A stretch of DNA of 64,000 nt from the human T2T-CHM13v2.0 reference genome, Homo sapiens. Shown in pieces: positions 19,451 to 39,229 of the stretch. How positions within the stretch are numbered: the stretch's first letter is position 1; every line of letters starts with the position of its first letter. The translations under genes and the position numbers were made by a program. Location of the stretch: assembly GCF_009914755.1 (NCBI RefSeq), contig NC_060926.1; one strand, 5' to 3'. Under the pieces are notes generated by a model. The model did no database searches, had not been told where the DNA came from, and worked only from the letters and a program-made list of their open reading frames with translations.

Positions 19451-20468
19451 TCAAGCCTTTGATTTTAGCATATTTTCAATTATTATTTGCCTTTTTTCCA
19501 TAAAAGTCAAGTGCACTGTATCAGTCAAGGTCCAGCCAGAAGACAATCACACAGTAAGTCCAACAGGGAAAATTGAAAGTATATTAACTAGAAATGGGAT
19601 TAACTACTAAGGGATAAACATAACTCTTAAGAATACAAGAATGGTGGATATAAAGAGCAGCTGCTACTCTCTAGACCAGAGTTTCTCAACTTATAAAAAG
19701 AAATTTGCCCCTGTAAGGAGATATTTTTAGATATTTTTTGCCCCTTATCACCACCTGTCCCTACATCCCCATGAAACCTTAATTCTACAGGTACACAGTA
19801 TATCTGTGTGTCTACTGTGGCCCTTTGGAGGAATAACCTAAGATTATTTCACACACACTCCCTACCCCCACAAAAACCAATTTTCACCCCCACTGAGAAT
19901 GCTTGCCCCAGGGCTATGGCTGAGTACCCAAGGAAGGAACAAATTCGGAAGAGCCCTCTCTTCAAGACTGACTTCACTGGAGTCACTTCACTCGGATGTA
20001 GCTATCACCTCCTAGATGGTAAAGAAGTTCACCGAGGTTCTGCAAGTCAGCGTCAGGATGCAAGAAACCACCTTCCGGGTTGCCTGTGAGACTCCCTGGG
20101 CAGCTGAGCACTTTTGGGATTCCTGCACCCACTGGCTGCCAAGTACCCCAAGAGAAGGAAAATCACATGGGAACAAAGAAGAGAGAAGCACTTTCCTCCT
20201 GCAGTGGCCTCCCAGCCCTGTAGACAAAGCTTAACATTCTGCCAGCTGCAAAGGAGAAATGTTTACAGGGCCCAGCTCCAGCATCACAGAACAGAGCAGT
20301 GCAGAGATTTGGAGCTGAGAGGAAAGAAGTTGATGCATCAAAGAAATTCTTTTAAATGAAGTGTTCTAATTAATTTCTGTCTAACCAAAGTTTTATGATG
20401 CCAAGGTTTTACCACACTATGGAGGATGCACCTCAAAACACCAAGGAATTTGTAAAAATGCAGGGCAT

Positions 20469-20978
<510 letters not shown>

Positions 20979-21681
20979 TCATTTATGTGTGAAGTTTATG
21001 TCTTTGACCCACTGTCAGTGGGACTTACACTTGAAGTTATTTTCTTGAGAATGAAAATGAATGTCTGATTTATCTATATTTTCCCTCCAAACAATTCAGC
21101 CAGAGAATATGCTGACTAGCTGATATCAGTCTTATTTCTTTGACAGTAACATTTCTCAGCATAATTGAATGAACATTTTTATTTACCAGTAACTCTGTTT
21201 GTGAGGTTGACAAGTAGATCAATTCATTGGAACCTGATTATTCTTGGGTGAAAAGATGAAATTGAATTTCTGTATCACAGAACTAAGGTCTAAACCTCAG
21301 AGGAGAGGTATAAGTCACTGTAACAAGGAAGCCTGGCTTGGCCAGTGAGACTTCTCCAACTACCAGATACCACACGACCTAAGGGTAATGTCTGCTGCCA
21401 AGCGATACAGCAAAGATAGCTCATAGACCTTGTTTAAAATTTTGCCTTAGACCTTTTTTGAAATTTGCAACAGTGCTAACTTCTTGCATAAGCCCACAGT
21501 GGCATGTCCTATAGATGCCTCGATTTATGCTTCTAGTTTGGATTTTGGTGTGAAGTGGCTTGCTGAGATGGGGTATGTGAATCAAGCTCTCTCGGATTCA
21601 GTTTCATTGCCTGTAAAGTGAGAAAGTTGGAAAACATTATGTTGAATAAGAATTCTCTGATGTAATAAAAAAGCAACTTTA

Positions 21682-21987
21682 GGCTGGGCACAGCAGTTCA
21701 CGCCTGTAATTGTAGCACTTTGGGAGGCCAAGGCGGGTGGATCACTTGAGCCTAGGAGTTCAAGACTAGCCTGGGTAACATGGTGAAACCTCGTCTCTAC
21801 AAAAAAATGTAAAACTTAGCCAGTGTGGTGGTGCATGCCTGTAGTCCCATCTACTCAGGAGGCTGAGGTGGGAGGATCACTTGAGCCCAGAGGTCGAGGC
21901 TGTGAGCCAAGTGAGCTGAGATTGTGCCACTGTACTCCAGCCTGGGTGACAGAGCAAAACCCTGTCTCAATTAAAAAAAAAAAAAAA
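21682..21987 (+). mobile_element. AluJ
   Basis: TSD AAAAAGCAACTTTA. Confidence 0.9.
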
Positions 21988-22174
21988 GCAACTTTATTTT
22001 TGTCCCTATTTTCCCTTTGCATATATAAAGTCTATCCATCTATCTATCTAGACATCTATAGATATGTTCTAGTATGAAAATTCTGGCAAGCCCTTAAATT
22101 TTCTGGCTTATAATGATTGCTATCACTATAGACTATCACTTTCAGTTACAAACACAGTCTTGATACGGAGATTA

Positions 22175-22592
<418 letters not shown>

Positions 22593-22965
22593 ACTCCAAA
22601 TCTGGTAAGATATTAATCAATACTCCAAATCTGATTTTAAGGATACATCCTCTCCACTCTTCCAGCCCAAGACTGCTTCACTCTGAAAGCTTGCAGTGGG
22701 AAAGGGAGAGATGTGGATGGCTCTTCCTCAGCGCTTCTTGTGGAGTGAATGGGGGTGTCATTATGCTCCTCCAGATTCCTCTCCACCCTTTTCTACCTCC
22801 CCCTCTGCCCCACTAATGTGAATATGCTCCATCTCCCTTTGGCTTCAAGTTAGTTTTGGCCAATGAGGAGCTCTGGCAGAAAAGCGAGAAGTGCAAGATC
22901 AAAGTTTTTATTTCCTTGGCTTTTTCCTAGAGAGGTTGACTCTAGCTGTTTGTGTCCCTTGATCA

Positions 22966-22966
<1 letters not shown>

Positions 22967-23000
<34 letters not shown>

Positions 23001-23281
23001 AGATGGAATCTCACTCTGTCACCCCAGCTGGAGTGCAGTGGCGCGATCTCGGCTCACTGCAACCCCCACCCCTCCAGGTTTAAGCAATTCTCTGCCTCAG
23101 CCTCCGGAGTAGCTGGGATTACAGGCACGTGCCACCACGCCTGGCTAATTTTTTTTGTATTTTTAGTAGAGACGGGGTTTCACCATCTTGGCCAGGCTGG
23201 TCTTGAACTCCTGACCTTGTGATCCACCCACCTCGGCTCCCAAAGTGCTGGGATTACAGGCGTGAGCCACCGCGCCCGGCC
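22967..23281 (-). mobile_element. AluS
   Basis: TSD TTGTGTCCCTTGA. Confidence 0.9.
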
Positions 23282-23679
23282 TTGTGTCCCTTGAGTAAAG
23301 GTCACTGCTCCTCTCAAGGTGGTCTCCTCCAAATGACACTCCCTTTCCAGGTTCTGATCATCACTCCTTAGGGCCTAAGGGTATAAGCCATTCTGAGGCT
23401 TCTAACCCCTGGTTTCTAGACTAGCCTTATGTTTCCATTACACCCCACCAGCTCTCCTGTAAATAGTCTCTTTAAAAATAAACTCTCTCCCACTGCACCC
23501 CAGCCTGGGTGACAGGGTAAGACTCTGTCTCGAAAAATAAATAGAAAATAATAATAAACTCTCCTCAAATTATCCTAATTCAAGTGTGTCATCTGTTGCC
23601 TGTCGGGACCCTCACTAGAAAAAAAAATCCATCAAAATTTATACTGCATAGCAACATTTGAACTTTAAAAAATCCATTT

Positions 23680-23952
23680 TCTTTTTTTTTTTTTTTAGAT
23701 GGAGTTACACTCTGTCACCCGGGCTGGAGTGCAGTGGCACGATCTCGGCTCACTGCAACCTCAGCCTCCTGAGTAGCTAGGACTACAGGCACGTGCCACC
23801 ACACCTGACTAATATATATATTTTTTGTATTTTTAGTAGAGACAGGGTTTCACCATGTTAGCCAGGCTGGTCTTGAACTCCTGACCTCATGATCCACCCA
23901 CCTTGGCCTCCCAAAGTGCTGAGATTACAGGCATGAGCCACCGCACCCGGCC
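23680..23952 (-). mobile_element. AluS with small internal deletion
   Basis: Antisense dimer. Confidence 0.88.
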
Positions 23953-24380
23953 AAAAAATCTATTTTCTTAGATTAAGTAACTCACATCGCAAAACTTATA
24001 ATTTGCTCCACAATATCATTATCCAAAGGCTCAACAACTACTGTACTCTACTGTACTGTACTGGGTCCATTCTAGGTTCGGCAAAGTCAGAGTTGGTACA
24101 TCTAGCCTCCCCTGATGCATCTCTTTCTTACTGTTTCAGGGCTAATAGGGACGAACATGGATCTAAGTGGTTTCAGTGTCTTCATGAATTGGTCTAATAT
24201 ATTGCCAGGAATAGACGCATTTTAAAAAAGGACTCCAGGATAAAAATATAGAGCTCTAATGGTAGAAATTGTGGACACTATGAACCAGGGATGGAGAAGG
24301 ATGTTTGATCTTGTTTATTCTCATCAAGATGAGGCTTAATTTTTCTGCACCTTTATTCAAAACATGTAACTCAGAGCAGA

Positions 24381-24686
<306 letters not shown>

Positions 24687-25299
24687 ACCCAGGGCAGAAT
24701 TTGAAAGTCCTTGCTTCAGTGTTTGTACAGCTGTTCAGGACTTTCCAGTGTATCAGTTATTCAAATTTTAAAGCACTTATCAAAGAGAGCTTAGTTTTCA
24801 GTCTCAAAAGTCCAAGAAAGACCTAAAGATTGTTGGTGGTTATTTTATAGCACACCCAAACAAATCTTTCACATTGTCTCTCTTTAGACCACTTGCCTCT
24901 GATCAGGCCTGCCTCCTCAGCCACACTTCAAATGAAAGAAATCAAGTAAACAACTTTTAGCAATCAGGGCACCCTAAAATAGCAGGTGATCTGCAGCAGG
25001 TTAAGCACACACCAACATACATGCAAATCAGTCAAATTTTGTACCTGGCAAATAAGGCTAACAATTTATATTTTGACTGACTTGATTATTTGAAAAAACT
25101 GCTTTTCTGTGACATAAATATAGATGTTAGTTCTGTCTCGCAGCTAAGTATCTCACGAGAAAGCCACATTAACCTTAATGATTTCCTGACATGGAAATTA
25201 ATATTCCCTAGCAAAGAAATAAAATGGTATCCACTGGTGCTTGTGCAGCTAAAAAATACTGTCTTCCTCCTTCCCTCCCCTGGTTGACATTAGTTGGTT

Positions 25300-26130
25300 T
25301 CAGTCCACAAATATTTACTGAGTGTTAACAATGTGCCAGGCAACTGTTTAATGCTAGAAACACAGTGCTGAAAAAGACAAAACAAGTCCCTGTTTAAGGC
25401 AGTTGCATTCTAAGGGAAGGGGGATATGCAATAAACATGTAAACAAACAAATAAATAATACAATTTCAGGAACTAAGGACTATGAAGAAAATAAAGCGGA
25501 GTACTATGGTAGTTGGTACCTGGGGTGTGGTTTGGCTGCTTAGTGACATCTGAGTTGAGACCTGAAGGCTGTGAAGGAGGCAGCAGTGTGAGCATCCAGG
25601 GAAGAGCTCTGCTAGCAAAGAAACAGTAAGTGCAAAGGACCTGGGATAGAAACAAGCCTTGTGTACCGTGTACTTGAAGGCAACAAGATGGGCAGTGTGG
25701 TTACAGGCAAGTAGTTAGAGGGAAAGCTTGGAAGGAGATAAGGCTGAACAGGAGCCAGGATGAAAGAAGCAGAGCCGGATCAGAGTGATGACAAGCTGGA
25801 GGAGGAGTTAAAGAAAGGAAGCTGGGAAGTGGTGTGATCTCATTTGTATTTAATCTGGCTACTTTGTGGAGAATGGATTGTAGGAGGTCAAACACGGAAG
25901 TGGGGAGATCTGGGAGGAGCCTATGGCAGAAGTCCGGGTGACAGACACTGGCAGCTTGGCCTAGGGTTTCATCAACAGGCCACTACCGGCTCATACGGTG
26001 CCTTTGTGAAAATTAGAAAAAGGCTCCTCTTTCCATTAGATGCCCTGATTGCAGATGGATTAAATGTGAGGTGTGAAGAAAAGAGAGGAATCCAGAATGA
26101 CTCAAGTTTGCACCTCAATAATTGGCTGGA
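25300..26130 (-). mobile_element. L2 LINE 3' fragment
   Basis: caaatatttactgagtg...atgtgccaggc terminus and L2 body motifs. Confidence 0.7.
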
Positions 26131-26678
26131 GAGTTATGGAATCAGTAGTTCAATTCTGATCATGTTCACTTTCAGGACCGTGAAATTTTCCCATGCAGCG
26201 GTTGCACCCCCTGTTACAATGTGAAAACTCAGTAGCATTTGCCACACTGACGTTGGTTTCCTTTCAGCTGGCTCTGGGAACCTTATGCTGATGTAATGGA
26301 GATAACCTTTGTGAGACGTTAAATCAGTGTATTTGCCTGCCCAGTAAGTCTTTGTCTCCATGGCTTCCCCCTTGAGTCAATGGCATGCATTCAGTCACAG
26401 GGAGAAAAAAAAACCCAGCCAAGATTGGATAAGTCATCCCTTAGCTTAGAATTTCAAAATAGGATTAATTCATAGCAAAACAATAGTTTGAAATCAAGGG
26501 CTTTGAGTGTCAAAAACCAGACATTGTTGAAAGAAAAAAATGTATTTGTATATGCTAGTGAGGCAGAACTTGGAAAAGTGCCCCTGAACAGATCACAGAT
26601 ACAGCCAAGAAGAACACAGGATATGATGTCAGAGCCACTTTCTCATGACTGGAAGGGAAGATAAAAGCAGCAGGCAGA

Positions 26679-26985
26679 GGCCGGGTGCAGTGGTTCACGC
26701 CTGTAATCCCAGCACTTGGGGAGGCCAAGGTGGGCGGATCATGAGGTCAGGAGATCGAGACCATCCTGGCTAACATGGTGAAACCATCTGTACTAAAAAT
26801 ACAAAAAATTAGCTGGGTGTGGTGGCGGGCACCTGTAATCCCAGCTACTCGGGAAGCTGAGGCAGGTGAATTGCTTTAATCTGGGTGGCGGAGGTTGCAA
26901 TGAGCTGAGATCGCGTCACTGCACTCCAGCCTGGGCAACAGAGCGAGACTCTGTCCCAAAAAAAAAAAAAAAAAAAAAAAAAAAA
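26679..26985 (+). mobile_element. AluSc/Y-like
   Basis: TSD AAAAGCAGCAGGCAG. Confidence 0.9.
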
Positions 26986-28644
26986 GCAGCAGGCAGGAAT
27001 TTGGGACATTCAGAGAGTACCAGCACAGGGTTGCCCCAGATGAGTGGAGGGTGCACTAAAAGAAGAGGAGGCATGTATCCTGCTTTCTGTTTGGAACCGG
27101 GGTAACTACAGAGAAGTAGCTTGAGATAGTGATTTCTGTTCTTTGGGGTCATGCATGGTCTTTAGGAGATCCAGTGGTAGAATGATAAAGGCTAATGGGA
27201 TGAATGGGCTGGAAGAGGCCTGGCCCTTGGGCCAAGAAGTTGTGAGGCTTATGGTCCTTGCCACTGAGAGCCATGGCAGGGGCTGTGGCTGTCAGTAGTG
27301 GAAATGGTTCTAGGCCCAAAAGCCGGAGATAATTTCCTCATCAAGGGAGGCCGGGAGAGCCTGGATGATGGCAGACAGACTTGCTCTGCCAGTTTTTCAA
27401 GACCCGAATGACATCTTAAGAAAGAGAAGTGGGAGAGGAGAACCATTGGATCAGGGAGAAACCTTGAAAGATTGAGTGAGTTTCCAAGGAAAACTGTTGT
27501 AAACGTAAAGAGACTGTGTTACCTTTAATTGGCAAGATCAAGTGTTTCCACCTACGTTAGGAATGGGGGCTTTCCAGCAAGAAATCATTATCGACAATGA
27601 AGTTGCTTTTTTTTGTAAATCTAGTTTTTAGTGAGTACATTTAAACCCTGCTACATTAGGAAGGTCTGTATTGCTACCAAATAAAGAGAACTCAGCTTGA
27701 CATACCCCTGCCTCTAATGGAGAGAGGGGGAGGAAGGAGACGGAGGGGAAAGATTGAGTCTGTCAACAGTAGTTACCTCCAGGGAAGATAACTGGGGGAC
27801 AGAGAAGGAAGAAAAACCTATTTCTCATGGAACGTTTTCTGTACCTTTTGCATTTTTTCCATATGCATGCATGAACTATTCAAAAATAAATTAAAAGGGG
27901 AAAAATAAGTTTCTGAAATGAGAAGCATGCAGATGCACAGAATGTGATATTCAGTGCTTGGCAATTAACCTTAAATAGTTTTCATCTCACCAGAATCTTT
28001 GAGCCACTTCTCCTCAGTGTACCTTGTGGTTATTCCCTTCATTTGTGTAGGTGTTGGGTAAGCTGTCTGTCTTGCCTTTCCAGCGAGCCCATGACCCATT
28101 TGTGCATGGTACTCCAAACACTGTACCACCGACCCTACAGGTGGCCCATCGCTTTTACAGGGGAAAACAATCCCACTGACCCATTTGGTCTTGCCCTTCA
28201 TCCTGGATTGAGGTGTGGGAAGGATTAATAAGGGTTTTTTGTTCTCACCCTGGTTATTTCCACCCCATTGGCATCACATAACAATGGGGAAGCAGTGGAA
28301 AGAACTTAGGTGCTGGAATCAAATTTGCTAGGGCTTACCTCTGCCAGCTACTAGCTTTAGGTACTTGGGTGGGTCTCAAGTTTCTTCTTCTATACATTGG
28401 AGTAATACAAACCTCACTGGGTTATCACAACACAATACTAGAACTGTTCTGATTACCCCAACCCCCAGTCTAAGAGACCAGACTAATTTTTGTAAAATCT
28501 CGCATCCAGCCAAACTTAGCATACCTATTGTCCCTGTATTCCTCAGTTTCTACCCAAGACATAAGCCTCTTCATTCATCTGTTGTATCCCTTACTCTCAT
28601 TTATATCCTTCCCCGTATTTCACTCCCTTGACTCAACCTCCCTC

Positions 28645-29380
28645 TGCTTCCCTCTTTTAAGTAGTATGTTTTCATTTGCAGGCTACAGGAAACTCAAGTC
28701 TAACTGGTTTAAACATTAAGGGCATTTACCGACTCAAGTAACTGAAAATTCAGCAGTGGCAAAGGCCTTGGGTTACCTGCCAGACAGACATACCAAGGGC
28801 CTTGTTTCTTCTCTTTCTCTACTCTCGCACCCTCAACGTGAGCTTCATTCTGGGATTGGCTCCCCTCGTGGTTATACAGGCTGGAGGTCAGCAGCAACTG
28901 AGCCTGCATGCTTCTGCATTAAGTCCAGAGGAACTGAGGAGTGAGTCTTTAACCATCAAACAAAAATCCTGGCCTTTCATTAATTAGAACAACCTGAACC
29001 AATCATGGTGACTAGGGGAATGCCATGTGCTAATTTGCTTAGCTCTGAACTAAGTTATCCATTTTTGAGCCAATTACAGTGACAAGGGAGTTGAGATTAT
29101 GACGACTGATTTAGATCAGAGGTTCTCAACTGGGAGCAGCACTGCCTCCTTCAGAGTATTTGGAAATGTTGCTCTGACTGGGAGTACCACTGGCTTTTAC
29201 TGGAAGAGGGATGGGGGAGGGGAGACACAGGACAGTCGTGTGGAATTTTGGTCTGCCAAAAATGCCAATAGTGCCTCTATGAAGAAACACTGACTTAAAA
29301 CATCAGGGCACACTTCTGAAACAGGAGTTTGTTTTCCCTTAGGTACATAAGCCATACTGGGGCAGGATGGACACCTAAAC
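28645..29380. mobile_element. MLT1-type MaLR LTR with nested MER5-like fragment
   Basis: ttttcatttgcaggctacaggaaactcaagtctaactggtttaaac and ccaatcatggtgactaggggaatg motifs. Confidence 0.55.
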
Positions 29381-29598
29381 AAAAATGACTAGACTACTCA
29401 GGCTCCTTCCTAATCTTTATTGACTCCCTTCTATCTTTACTTAGATCCCTGCTCAGCCTATTATGTATTACTTTTAACTAATCTCTTGACAATGTCATTT
29501 ACTTCCTAGCCCCATTCTGCTGTACCTACCCAGATAAATCCTATAGTGACACTGACTTGAGAAAGATACTTTCAAACCTTTTAAAAATCAAAGCTATA

Positions 29599-34725
<5,127 letters not shown>

Positions 34726-35203
34726 TGAAAAAGAAAAGAAACTTAATCTGAGGAATGCAAGCCTCCTTTAAATGATCAGGAACAGAGAGGCATTGAAATA
34801 TGATGACAGTCACATCCCATCTCCCCCCTCAGCTGTGCCCTTGAGTTTAGTAATCATTTCATAGTTGCCTGCTGTATGGACTCTAGATGGAGTGTTTCCA
34901 GCAATAGCTATAAATTAATCTAGTAATGCCATATGCTGGACACCATAACTCATACCCTTTTGTACAACAACGTATAGCCAATCACGTATCAATGTTATTT
35001 CTGTAAACCAGTGAGAATTCCTGACCAAAAACTTTTGTAAATTGCCCCCTCTCCTGGTTCATCCTTTTTTCTTTAAGACTTTGAGCCTCTCCTTCTCCTC
35101 TGGAGCACTTCCTAGTGTTTCCCAGGCTGCAGTCCTCAACCTTGGGCCAAACAAACTCTCAGCCTATATTAATTTTGCCTCAGTTTCTTTCTTTAGGTTG
35201 ACA
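34726..35203 (+). mobile_element. 3' LTR of the MER4-group ERV1 remnant
   Basis: TG...CA termini (TGAAAAAG...AGGTTGACA) following the PPT. Confidence 0.75.
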
Positions 35204-36058
35204 GACTCTTAGTATCTCCCAGGGGCTCCCCTTCTCTTGCCCTTGAAAAATAGGACCTCAGAAATTTAACTGGGCACATGGTCATCCACAATAAAGACTA
35301 TATTTATCAGCTTCTCTTGTGGCTCGATGTGCCATGGGACTAAGCTATGGTCAATGGATTTAAGTAGAAGTGGCATATGTAACCACCTGATAGATTCATC
35401 TTGCTCACTGTCCAGATAGAGCCAATTATAAGACAGGAGAATTGCAATAGAGAAAGAGTTTAATTCACAGTGCTGGCTGAACAGGAGACCAGAGTTTTAT
35501 TATTATTCAAATCAGCCTCCCTGAAAATTCCAAGGCTAGAATTTTTCAAGGATACTTTGGAGGGCCAGGGAATGGGTGCTGCTGATTAGTTGGGGATGCA
35601 ATCATAGGGATGTGGAAAATAGTTTTCTTTCAGGTGAGGCCACAAGACTGCTTGATGGGTCTGCATGGAGCCATTGTGGTCAGAAATGCAAACCTGAAAA
35701 GACATCTCAAAAGGCCAATCTTAGGTTCTACAATAGTGATGTTATCTGCAGGAGTAATTGAGGAAGCTGTAAATCTTGTGACCTCTGGAATAATGGCTGG
35801 TAATTGTTTACATAGACACCTTAGCAGAATTCATGCTCCTGATATCCTCCTACCCTGGTGGTCTTTTATTAGCTTTACAAAGACAGTTTAGATTTGGGGA
35901 GGGGCTATTATCATTTAAGTTATAAACTAAATGTTTCCCAAAGTTAGGTTGGCCCAAGCCCAGGAATGATTAAGGGCAGTTTGGAGATTAAAGGAAAGAT
36001 GGGGATTGGTTAGATCTCTTTTTTTTTTTTTTTTTTTAGAGGGAGTCTTGCTGTGTAG

Positions 36059-36199
<141 letters not shown>

Positions 36200-36466
36200 T
36201 AGTAGAGACGGGGTTTCACCGTGTTAGCCAGGATGGTCTCAATCTCCTGACCTTGTGATCTGCCCGCCTTGGCCTCCCAATGTGCTGGGATTACAGGCAT
36301 GAGCCACTGCGCCTGGCCAATTAGATATCTTTTACTGTCATTAATTTTCTCATTGTTATAATTTTTGCAAAGATGGTTTCATTATCATCTTTATTTCAAA
36401 GTTAAACTATAAACTAAATTTCTCCCAAAGTTAGTTTGGCCTGTGCCCAGGAATGAACAAAGGCAG

Positions 36467-36826
36467 TTTCATGCGCGTCCCTGTGAAGAGACCATCAAAC
36501 AGGCTTTGCGTGAGCAATAAAGCTTTTAATTACCTGGGTGCAGGTGGGCTGAGTCCGAAAAGAGAGTCAGAGAAGGGAGATAAGGGTGGGGCTGTTTTAT
36601 AGGATTTGGGTAGATAAAGGAGAATTACAGTCAAAGGGGGGTTGTTCTCTGGCGGGCAGAGTGGGGGTCACAAGGTGCTCAGTAGGGGAGCTTTTGAGCC
36701 AGGATGAGCCAGGAGAAGGAATTTCACAAGACAATGCCATCAGTTAAGGCAGGAACCGGCCATCTGGATGTGTACATGCAGGTCACAGGGGATATGATGG
36801 CTTAGCTTGGGCTCAGAGGCCTGACA
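36467..36826 (-). mobile_element. HERV-H 3' LTR (LTR7, type I), 360 bp
   Basis: TGTCAGGCCTCTGAGCCCAAGCTAAG...GACGCGCATGAAA on minus; preceded by PPT AAGAAGACAGGAA; TATAAA box and ATTAAA present. Confidence 0.95.
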
Positions 36827-37363
36827 TTCCTGTCTTCTTATATTAATAAGAAAAATAAAACGAAATAGTGGTAAAGTGTTGGGACGGTGAAAATTTTTGG
36901 GGGTGGTATGGAGAGATAATGGGCGATGTTTCTCAGGGCTGCTTCCAGCGGGATTAGGGGCGGTATGGGAACCTAGAGTGGGAGAGATTAAGCTGAAGGA
37001 AGATTTTGTGGTAAAGGGGTGATATTGTGGGGTTGTTAGAAGAAACATTTGTCGTGTAGAATTATTGGTGATGGCCTGGATACGGTTTTGTATGAATTGA
37101 AAAACTAAATGGAATAAGAGGAGGAGAAAAACAGGTATAAAAGGTCTAAGAATTGGGAGGACCCAGGACATCTGATTAGAGTGCCTAAGGAGATTCAGCA
37201 TAGTCCTGCCAGCAAAGATTATTTATTTACTTCAAGAGTTTAGAGTGGCAGTTTGGGGATAGCACCAGGAGATATCAGCTGAGATGGCTTGGAGAAACAG
37301 TGTAAACCGGCAGTGTAAACAAGAGCAGGGCATGTATGAGTAGTTGAGAATGGTGAATAGGAG

Positions 37364-37793
37364 TGTCAGGCCTCTGAGCCCAAGCCAAGCCATCGCATCC
37401 CCTGTGACTTGCACGTATACATCCAGATGGCCTGAAGTAACTGAAGATCCACAAAAGAAGTAAAAATAGCCTTAACTGATGACATTCCACCATTGTGATT
37501 TGTTTCTGCCCCACCCTAAGTGATCAATGTACGTTGTAATCTCCCCCACCCTTAAGAAGTTACTTTGTAATTCTTCCCACCCTTGAGAATGTACTTTGTG
37601 AGATCCACGCCTGCCCGCAAAACATTGCTCTTAACTTCACCGCCTATCCCAAAACCTATAAGAACTAATGATAATCCACCAACCTCTGCTAACTCTCTTT
37701 TCAGACTCAGCCCGCCTGCACGCAGGTGATTAAAAGCTTTTATTGCTCACACAAAGCCTGTTTGGTGGTCTCTTCACACGGACGCGCATGAAA
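37364..37793 (+). mobile_element. Solo HERV-H LTR (LTR7Y/LTR7B-like), 430 bp, inserted antisense into the provirus
   Basis: TGTCAGGCC...GCGCATGAAA; perfect 5-bp TSD AGGAG at 37359-37363 and 37794-37798; CCCACCCTT U3 repeats. Confidence 0.93.
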
Positions 37794-39229
37794 AGGAGTG
37801 TGACTAGACAGAAGATAGGATGACAAGTTTTTTTGGGGCACAGTCTAAGTCGGTCTGGTGTCCGGAATGAGACTGGGGCCTAATAAAAAGGAGCGTCTAT
37901 ATAGGACTGTACCTTGTAGCATTCTGAGGACAGGTCTGACTTCTGAGAAGGGAAAATGATAAAAGTATTGTCTATTCTTTTTTAAGTTGGTGGCTGAGAT
38001 TGGTGAGGTGTGTTTTTAAAAGACCTTTAGTCTGTTCTACTTTTCTTGAAGATGGAGGACCGTAAGGGATATAAAGGTTTCAATGAATACTAAGAGCCTG
38101 AAAAACTGCTTGGCTGATTTGACTAATAAAGGCTGGTCTGTTATCAGACTGTATAGAGGTGGGAAGGCTAAACTGAGGAATTATGTCTGAGAAGGGAAGA
38201 AATGACTGCAGTGACCTTCTCAGACCCTGTGGGAAAGGCCTCTACCTATCCAGTGAAAGTGTCTACCTAGACTAAGAGGTATTTTAGTTATCTGACTCGG
38301 GGCATGTTGAGTAAAGCTAATTTGCCAGTCCTGGGTGGCGGCAAATCCTCGAGCTTGATGTGTAGGGAAGGGAGGGGGCCTGAATAATCCCTGAGTAGTA
38401 GTAGAATAGCAGATGGAACACTGAGGAGTTATTTCCTTGAGGATGGATTTCCACAATGGAAAGGAAATGAGAGGTTCTAAGAGGCGGGCTAGTGGCTTGT
38501 ACTATAGCATAGCCTGCCTTTGCTTGTATGTGGCGATTAGGCCTGGTGGAACCGCCATCAATAAATCAAGCGTGATCAGGGTGAGGAACAGGAAAGAAGG
38601 AAATATGGGGAAATAGGGTGGATGTCAGGTGGATCAGAGAGATACAGTCATGAGGGTCAGGCGTGGTATCAGGAATAATGTGGGAGGCCAGATTGAAGTC
38701 CAGGCCAGGAACGATGGTAATTATAGGACTTAACAAAGAGCGAGTACAGCTGAAGGAGCCGGGGAGCAGAAAGTATATGTGTCAGGTATGAGGAAGAAAA
38801 TACATTTTGGAAGTTATGAGAAATGTAGAGAGTGAGTTGAGCATAGTTTGTGATTTTTAGGGCCTCTAAAAGTATTAAAGCAGCGGCAGCCGCTGCATGC
38901 AGACATGAGGGCTAGGCTAAAACAGTAAGGTCAAGTTGTTTGGACAGAAAGGCTACAGGGTGCGGTCCTGGCTCTTGTGTAAGAATTCTGACCGCACTAA
39001 CCATACCTAGGAAGGAAAGGAGTTGTTGTTTTGTAAGGGATTGAGGTTTAGGAGATTAATTGGACACGATCAGCAGGGAGAGCACGTGTGTTTTTATGAG
39101 AATTATGCCGAGATAGGTAACAGATGAGGATGAAATTTGGGCGTGACTGAAGTAATGGGGGCTGTCTGTGAAGCTTTGCGGCAGTACAGCCCAGGTAATT
39201 TGCTGAGCCTAATGGGTGTCAGGGTCAGT

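Noticed and set aside
36740-37201. 153-aa ORF with hydrophobic segment
   Set aside because: Env transmembrane-end remnant running into the LTR; non-ATG start, no intact env
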